A DNA stretch of 64,000 nt from Adineta vaga (lineage: Eukaryota > Animalia > Rotifera): NCBI GenBank assembly GCA_021613535.1, contig CP075496.1:5208001-5272000 (forward strand). Direction: 5' to 3'. Each line of letters begins with the position of its first letter. Position 1 is the stretch's first letter. The translations under genes were made by a program, and so were the position numbers. Below are positions 57,301-64,000 of the stretch, one piece after another. Below the pieces are notes generated by a model. It did not search any database. It worked only from the letters and a program-made list of their open reading frames with translations, and was not told where the DNA came from.

Positions 57301-57875
57301 CTAATCGCCGTCAATTGACAAGTAAAATTGAACAGGAAACTGCTCAAACAATGGAACGACAAATGGAAATTCAACATCGATTACATAAACCTGATCAACA
57401 TGTTGAACGTTATGACGGTAGAATTTTCTTTTAAAAACTACTTCATCTTCTATCAAATACGATCTCTTTTTTAGATTTATGTTTACCAGCAGTTTTTATG
57501 CCTTTTCGTTCCGGTAATGTATTCAATCCAAGAGCCTATCGCTTCTTTCATCCCACTGGTAAAGAATCTTTCTTCTGTATCATTTTGCATTTTTAATATA
57601 ATCAAATTTATAGGTACAACAGATCCTCGTCTCACTCAGACACCGACAATATTCAAACTTCCACCACTTCCATCAGGCTCTGTAATTTTCAGTTTTTTTC
57701 TTTCATTTCTATTTAATTTTTTTCTAATTCATAGGTATCTGTCTTGAATCTTTTTGAATTAAGTCGATGCTATGATGGTACTGTGGATAAAGATCAACCT
57801 GTTGATCAATCAATGAATCAACAAACAGCACCATCTCGACCATCACCATCTCCAACAAATCAACAAACACATTAG
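54337..57875 (+). CDS. Uncharacterised multi-exon protein (helical N-terminal region, acidic linker, possible C2-like beta region, conserved-looking C-terminus)
   Basis: A 7-nt first coding exon (ATGTCAC|GTAAAG) joins in phase to MSHRRDLSRLGEDDEQ.... Successive ORF-track fragments link through GT-AG introns. The C-terminal region reads CLPAVFMPFRSGNVFNPRAYRFFHPTGTTDPRLTQTPTIFKLPPLP...SVLNLFELS, with stop TAG 57873-57875. Confidence 0.75.
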
Positions 57876-57941
57876 AACAATAAAATCGCCTTCAATTTGT
57901 ACCGAGTTGTCTTTCTTTGTATTTTGATTTTAAAAAAAGAA

Positions 57942-58711
57942 TTAATTTACATGAAAACGATATTTATTCATGCTTCGTTGTATACTCTCCAGTGCTTTAG
58001 AACGAGATGACGATGAAGGTGTATAACGAACTGCTGTTGACATATTTGACTTATCTGTTGTTGCAAACGTTACAAGTTGTTTTTTGTTAAAAGGTTGTAA
58101 CTAAAGACATGATCGTTAAGAAAATCGATTTCCTTTTCAAATTTACTTACAGGTGGTGATGGTGTGTGTGGTATATTTGGTGGAAAATGATTTTCATTCG
58201 AATTTGTCAATGTATATAATGTTACTTTCTTTTCTGAAGGACTATCGGGAGGCGTTAGATATCTCGTTGATTTAAGTTGTTGATAATCATTAGTTCTATA
58301 TGATAATTGCCTGTCATTATCATCATTGTCAGGTATCTTCCTGTTGTCGGTACTTAGATAATACATTTCCGTTATTGTTTTATAGGAGATAGATGATTTT
58401 CTTTTTTTACTGATTAATTCCGGTGATGCTCGACAAGTGCCAACCTCGACATCCGTATTCTTAATATTAAAATGATATAGTTCAGGTCCATGCCAAGATG
58501 AATTAGAATCTTGTTGAGTTGTTGGTAATGATGTTGGTTTCAATGAGTTGTATGAAAGTATTTGTTTCTCATTACTTGCTTCTAAATAATACACTTCTAT
58601 CTTTTGATTCGAAGAATTCCGAGGATTTTCTACATTGGTTGGTATTGAATGATGTTCCTCAGAATAAGAATTCCGGTTTTCTGCTGATTGAAATGAATAC
58701 ATTTCTGGCAT
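57942..58711 (-). CDS. Uncharacterised S/T/P-rich protein, 2 exons
   Basis: ATG 58711 (MPEMYSF). A GTAAGT donor after TPSPP and a CTTTAG acceptor near 58101 give LQPFNKKQLVTFATTDKSNMSTAVRY...MNKYRFHVN*, extending beyond the ORF-track stop. Confidence 0.65.
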
Positions 58712-58994
58712 AATCGAAGCGAACAATTATTTGAAAGTTATTTTTTATTTTCTTTAGTCGAAACCTTTTGACGACTTTATTAGTTAACAAATAAGTCATA
58801 TGTAAGAAATATGAGCAGTAAGAGGAAAAGAAAAAAATATATGACGCTTCGTCAATAGAAACAGTACAACACTTTAGATTTGATTTACACAAAGATGATT
58901 ATGTTTCAAGAAGTCAAGAAAGAAGAAAAAAAAATAGCGCTCTTCGATCATTAATTATTACTTTTTTTTCGTCTAACATATCTTTCTTTTACTC

Positions 58995-59751
58995 ATGTCA
59001 TTCGATAGAAAAACTCCTGATTTAGGTCGAATTTCTATTTATGATATAGAAACGGATAAGATCAAATTATCTTCAACAGATATTCAGTTGAAAAAACATA
59101 CAGGTTATGATGATGAACATTTAAAACGATTAAAATATCTTTTTCAACAAATTACTGGTCCACAAATAAATACATTAGACATTGAGCATTTTGAATCAGC
59201 AGCAAGATCTATGTGTCGATCATTGACAGAATCTCATGAAGCACATCATTTAGCAGAAATATTGTTTAAAGCATACGATAAAAATACGAATGGTGCAATT
59301 GATTTTGCAGAAATGATTGACTTTGTATGGTAATAAGAGTATATAAAAACAAAGAAAAGAAAAAAGGAAACACAATATAAGTTTTAGGACAGTTGTCGAT
59401 GCACCACGTGAAGAACAAATTGTTGGTTTATATCAAGCTTTACAAGGATCTAATAATAAATTATCAAAAGATCGATTAATCGAATTTACAACTATATTAA
59501 AAGATGATTTTCAACCAAAAATTTCTCTGATTGACAAGAAAACTCAAGGTCAATTGAAGTCATTAAATACTGATGAAGATATTCAAAATCGAGTTGATGA
59601 ATGTCTTTCTTACTATCGTCAACCATCGGATGGTCTTAATTTAACTCAAGTGATTGAATATTTCCTAGGACGAAAAGATCCAATAATAAGTCAAATAAGA
59701 ACTCGATGGAATGCTCGAATAAAACGTTATGAGAAAAAGAATCGAAAATAA
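58995..59751 (+). CDS. EF-hand protein (NCS/recoverin-like architecture), 2 exons
   Basis: LKKHTGYDDEHLKRLKYLF resembles the NCS-type N-terminus. One canonical EF loop (FKAYDKNTNGAIDFAEM); the other EF loops are degenerate. No N-terminal myristoylation Gly. Intron ~59325-59387. Confidence 0.75.
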
Positions 59752-62700
59752 GATCTGATTTTGTAAGGAATAAATTTCAACGAGACTAATCTGCTTGAAG
59801 ATAAGAAGAAGAGAATTGAATGGTTGTCTCAGTGATAAGATAGTTATAGAGTTATTGTATTCAAGCGTAAAAAATCAGCAGAATAAGTAAGTTATTTTCA
59901 GAAGTCTGATTCTATAGTCTCTTCATTAAAACATTAAAAGAGCCGATAAAATCTTCTAAAAAATACCAAATGTGCAAGGAAGGAAGTTCAACCTTCCGTA
60001 AAACTTTCAATCGGATATGATAAGAATTTCAAGTAAACAATCTCGTATTTATGTTGTTATTTTCTTTTTCTTCTTCTTTTTTCTTCTTGTTCTTGTGTCA
60101 CTTGAATATTTTCTCTACTAATCAGATGCTGATATAATCATCTTTTGACGAACTATGCCTAGTGTTCGATTGAAACATTGATTTGCATGTCAAATTTATT
60201 TGTAATCATGCGACAAATAATCTCATTCATCAGATTCAATCAATAATGTCATTTTGCCCTTATGTATATCGAAGTACCAAGATTTCGTTTCATAAAAAAA
60301 ACAGACAATTAAATGTCATTCCAATCAATATCTATGCTATGAAAATGAGCTAATAAGATTCAGATTCGTTTCTTATGATCTACTTGTTCTTCAAGGTAAA
60401 AATAATATATATTATCTATTCATGAAGTGTGACTTTGATTATATGTAGAGGCGTAATGAAGTAGTTTTCCTTTTTTCTGTTTCGATGTGTGTATTCAAAT
60501 AATATAGATAACAAAAGAAAGTCTCGGCAGTTATTATTAATTAACATACTCAAAGGCATTGTATGATTAATGAGAGATATAATATTATTTCATCTATAGT
60601 TCTTTTTCTTTTGCAAAAGAAGAAGAAATGAACAATGTTAGATTTGCTTCTTTTTCTTTTCTTTATTTATTTTTTAAAACAATTCGATCAATAAGGAATT
60701 ATATTTTCTAAATTAACGAATATTGATCAATAGAAAAAGAAGAAATAATTGATTTAATAATGTAAATATAAGTAAACAAAACACACACGCACAGACAGAA
60801 AAATAATCATGATTAATCATCGAGTCTAATTTTATGATATGTCAATGTTTTCTGAATGGGAAAATCTCTTCGTATTGACAGACTTGTGACACTTCGATTA
60901 TTTTCTTATCTTTATTGTTCATATGTCTTCTCTGTCGATCAGCCTTTTTCCTGATGTTGTCAACAAATCTCCATACAATTGTATGTCAATGTTGACTAGT
61001 GATTTAAAGATTTTTCTTTTTCAGATTTACTAATGATATTTGTTATATTCGATTGTTATATGAAGTAAATTACATGTTGGAAACAAGAAAAAAACATATG
61101 AATAGATTATGTCTACGTGTTCTTTTTTCTTTTCTCTTCACACATTTGCTTTTATATATTTAATAAATATTGAGATAACAACATTGTTCAATTCTAGTTA
61201 TGCATACAAATATCTATTAAATATTTTTGTCGGAAAAATTTTCTTCTTCTTCTTCTTTTTATATGAACGCGTGCATCTTGTATTTGCATGTGCCATGTAA
61301 ATCTCTATACTACTATTGATGGTGTCTATGTAGAGCGACTTCTTATTCACTTTAATGTTCGCTTGCACTAGAGAAAGAGAAACCATCTAACGTTGCCATG
61401 TTCAATCTTCACTCTCTACTTCTTTTTTTATGACGGCAATCTGAGAAAAGAAAGCGTAGAACAAGAAGACGAAGCAGTAGGAGCAACAACAGAAGAAGAA
61501 GAAGAAGAACAAGAAAGAAACATAGGCAAAGAACGAGAAACAAACTCGCTCTTCGTTCATTCATTTAGCAACCGCGTAAATCAAATAAGGCAAGACTTTG
61601 AGACTTCTTTTCTTTGGCATGTGTTGTCGTTGAGAGAACTGAAACGAGAACCAAAATATGATGTGTTCAAAACCGTAGATGATGATCAGAGAAATCGATC
61701 AAAAGCAGATCAACGTTAGATAGACATAAATGCATTAAAAAACATCACTTTCCTTTTGCTCTCGACAATGACGAACAATATTCATCTAATCGATTCTAGA
61801 GGTTGTCTTCTCTATGTATTTTCATTTAGTATATGCAGTAGTAGAAATAGTCGAAGAAGCGAGACAAAAAAAATAAAGAAAAAAAACTAGTTTCCGCTTT
61901 GGACTCGCGTTTTATATGAATGTGTATTCATGCAGCCAACCGCTACCATCACAATCAGATAGAATCGTAAGTCTATAAGACATGAACACTCATTCACTTG
62001 CATCGGACGGAAAGAAGTATTGTAAGTATAGATTCTCCGATCAAATAATGATAAGCATGAGAGTTCTTACATTATTTTTGACAAGAAAATATTCTTTTTA
62101 ACTGGACAGAATATATATATTTCTTCGAATGTCTTTATCAATATGAATGCGTGTTCATCATGTTAATGATGGCATGTGAGACCGTGCATAATATATGGGT
62201 AGCCAGAGAAGGCACGGCTCACTTGAGACGGATATCCGGTTGGTTTCTCCCGTTTGAAGGGAGAGAGAGAGAGAGAGAAAGAACGAGTCAACTTCAAAAA
62301 TGAACTCCTAAAATATAGAATAGAGCAAACTTTTCCATATGGTAAGTTAATTTTAACTCAAATAGAAAGACATATTCAAATATCAATCGATATTCCTTCA
62401 AAACCAATTATTAAATTAGCTTTTGTTCGTTTTTAATCACAAATTTTGTTTTCTATCTACATCGATCGCATGCCGATAGAAAATCTATTCTATATCGATA
62501 TTTTTTTTTTCTATAGAATTTGTTTTTATTTCATTGCCATTCAAGCTTGAATATCAATATCCAATAAGAACGATTAGTTCGTTGAGTAATTTTTCAAACA
62601 AGAAGTATTAGTTATTTCCTTCTCATAGTTTTTACATTAATAATCGGAATAAGAAAAAAAGAACTTAAGGGTAAACATTAATTCCCAAGTGAACATTCAT

Positions 62701-62798
62701 ATTGAAAAAACGACAGACAGAGACAAAAAGAAAAGAAATTATAGAAATATATATATATATATATCTTTCAGATCAATAAAGCAATGTTCTTTGATTAA

Positions 62799-63731
62799 AT
62801 GGCACATTTTACACGTTTTGTTTTATTTGAAGATAAACTTAGTACAAAGTATGAAATAAAATTAATACGACAAGAAAAATGAAATTTCGTCTTTTATTTT
62901 TTTCTATTTAGTTTATTTACATTTATTCTTCCAAGTTCATTTCTATTAGGAACAGAAGAAAAACTAACAACACGAGAATTTATCTGTCGACATGTACCAT
63001 TCGTATTAACATTTGTTAAAAATGGTGATCAAATCAATGCATTTCTACTTCATCGTAGTCGAGATACTGAACGACTTGAAATGACACTTGATCTAAGTAT
63101 TACTCTATTATGTCGAGAACATTTTACACGGAATGAATCATTTACAGAAAAGAACTGTAAATTTACGAATAAAGTTACTTTACATGGACGAAAATCGTTT
63201 ACATCAGTTAATCGTTTATGTTCCGTCGAATATATGGATGAACGTGGAAATATTCAATGTGAACTTGAAATTAAAAATCTTTCGATATCATATATAACTG
63301 AAGTTCAATTAAGTCCACAATTAATCAATCCTCAATATGCACACGTTATTCAACCAATGCACAATCGTCAACCAATCGATGCAAAAATCGAAACACCTTC
63401 ATTCTTCTATTCCAATTATGAATGGAATATTGTTATTCAACCTAAACTTGATAGTGTTGGACAACTTGGACATTTTCGTATGTATCTTCAACGTTTAACT
63501 CAATGTGATTATTCTATTAAACTATCTTATCGTGTTAAATTAATTGCTGGAACGTACACATGGGATTCGTATCAAGAACGTAAATCAGCTAATCCAAATG
63601 ATACGAATACATATGAAATCAATTATACGGATGTTCATGGTCTATGTCGACCATTTCGTATTGATCGTGTTCGAGAATTACTTCAAACAGATGGAAAATT
63701 TACGGTGACAGTTGAACTCAAAGATGCTGTT
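62799..63731 (+). CDS. Uncharacterised invertebrate MATH/TRAF-like domain protein; 3' end probably beyond the window
   Basis: Exon 1 MAHFTRFVLFEDKLST (donor GTATGA) joins in phase to exon 62912-63731: LFTFILPSS...LDLSITLLCREHFTRNESFTEKNCKFT...ETPSFFYSNYEWNIVIQP...FRMYLQRL. A GTAAGT donor at 63732 suggests further exons. Confidence 0.75.
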
Positions 63732-64000
63732 AGTAAGTATATTGAACAAAAATCATATTTCGATATTGAATAAATCCGGAAGAGGAAATCGAGAAATTTG
63801 AGAGACTTACATAAATACGATTTTAATTACTAGTTTTATGAGAAGAATCTCAAAAACGGAAAAGACTAATGATAGGATGTTTTCATCATTAAAGAAGTCA
63901 ATGTTGAATGTATTAGATTAAACAGCATGTCAAATATATTCTGCACGAACATCAATAGATTAATTGTTTTGATCAACATAAAAACGAAACAAATGTTTAG

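Noticed and set aside
61393-61719. Glu-rich 108-aa ORF
   Set aside because: Driven by GAA simple repeats, with a TTG start, no recognisable homology and no clear splice partners; likely promoter or UTR sequence.

Overview
AT-rich (roughly 30% GC by eye), gene-dense eukaryotic DNA with many short (~50-70 nt) GT-AG introns. It carries core metazoan genes: LSM14, UFD1, CCDC40, PRRC2, WDR26, MASTL/Greatwall, GPCRs, a bHLH and a C2H2 zinc finger. Three apparently foreign genes sit among them: a fungal-type PLD-superfamily gene, a bacterial-type GH77 amylomaltase (malQ) and a Bacillus YugT/MalL-type GH13 oligo-1,6-glucosidase. The two glucan enzymes contain spliceosomal introns. This mix most resembles a bdelloid rotifer (inference, not verified). 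About 20 protein-coding genes were reconstructed by hand from the ORF track plus splice sites. No tRNA, rRNA, CRISPR array or recognisable transposon was seen. Main leads: (1) WDR26 appears to have a CUG-initiated, NLS-like N-terminal extension overlapped by an out-of-frame uORF, resembling the non-AUG extension I recall for human WDR26; (2) the two foreign glucan enzymes could together supply transferase plus alpha-1,6-glucosidase activity; (3) the GH13 enzyme has gained a ~250-aa disordered tail, and malQ has a 1-bp frameshift near its end; (4) an RFX X-box lies upstream of CCDC40; (5) there is a probable pseudo-GTPase SR-beta paralogue and two degenerate GPCRs. All family calls come from motif recall, not database searches.
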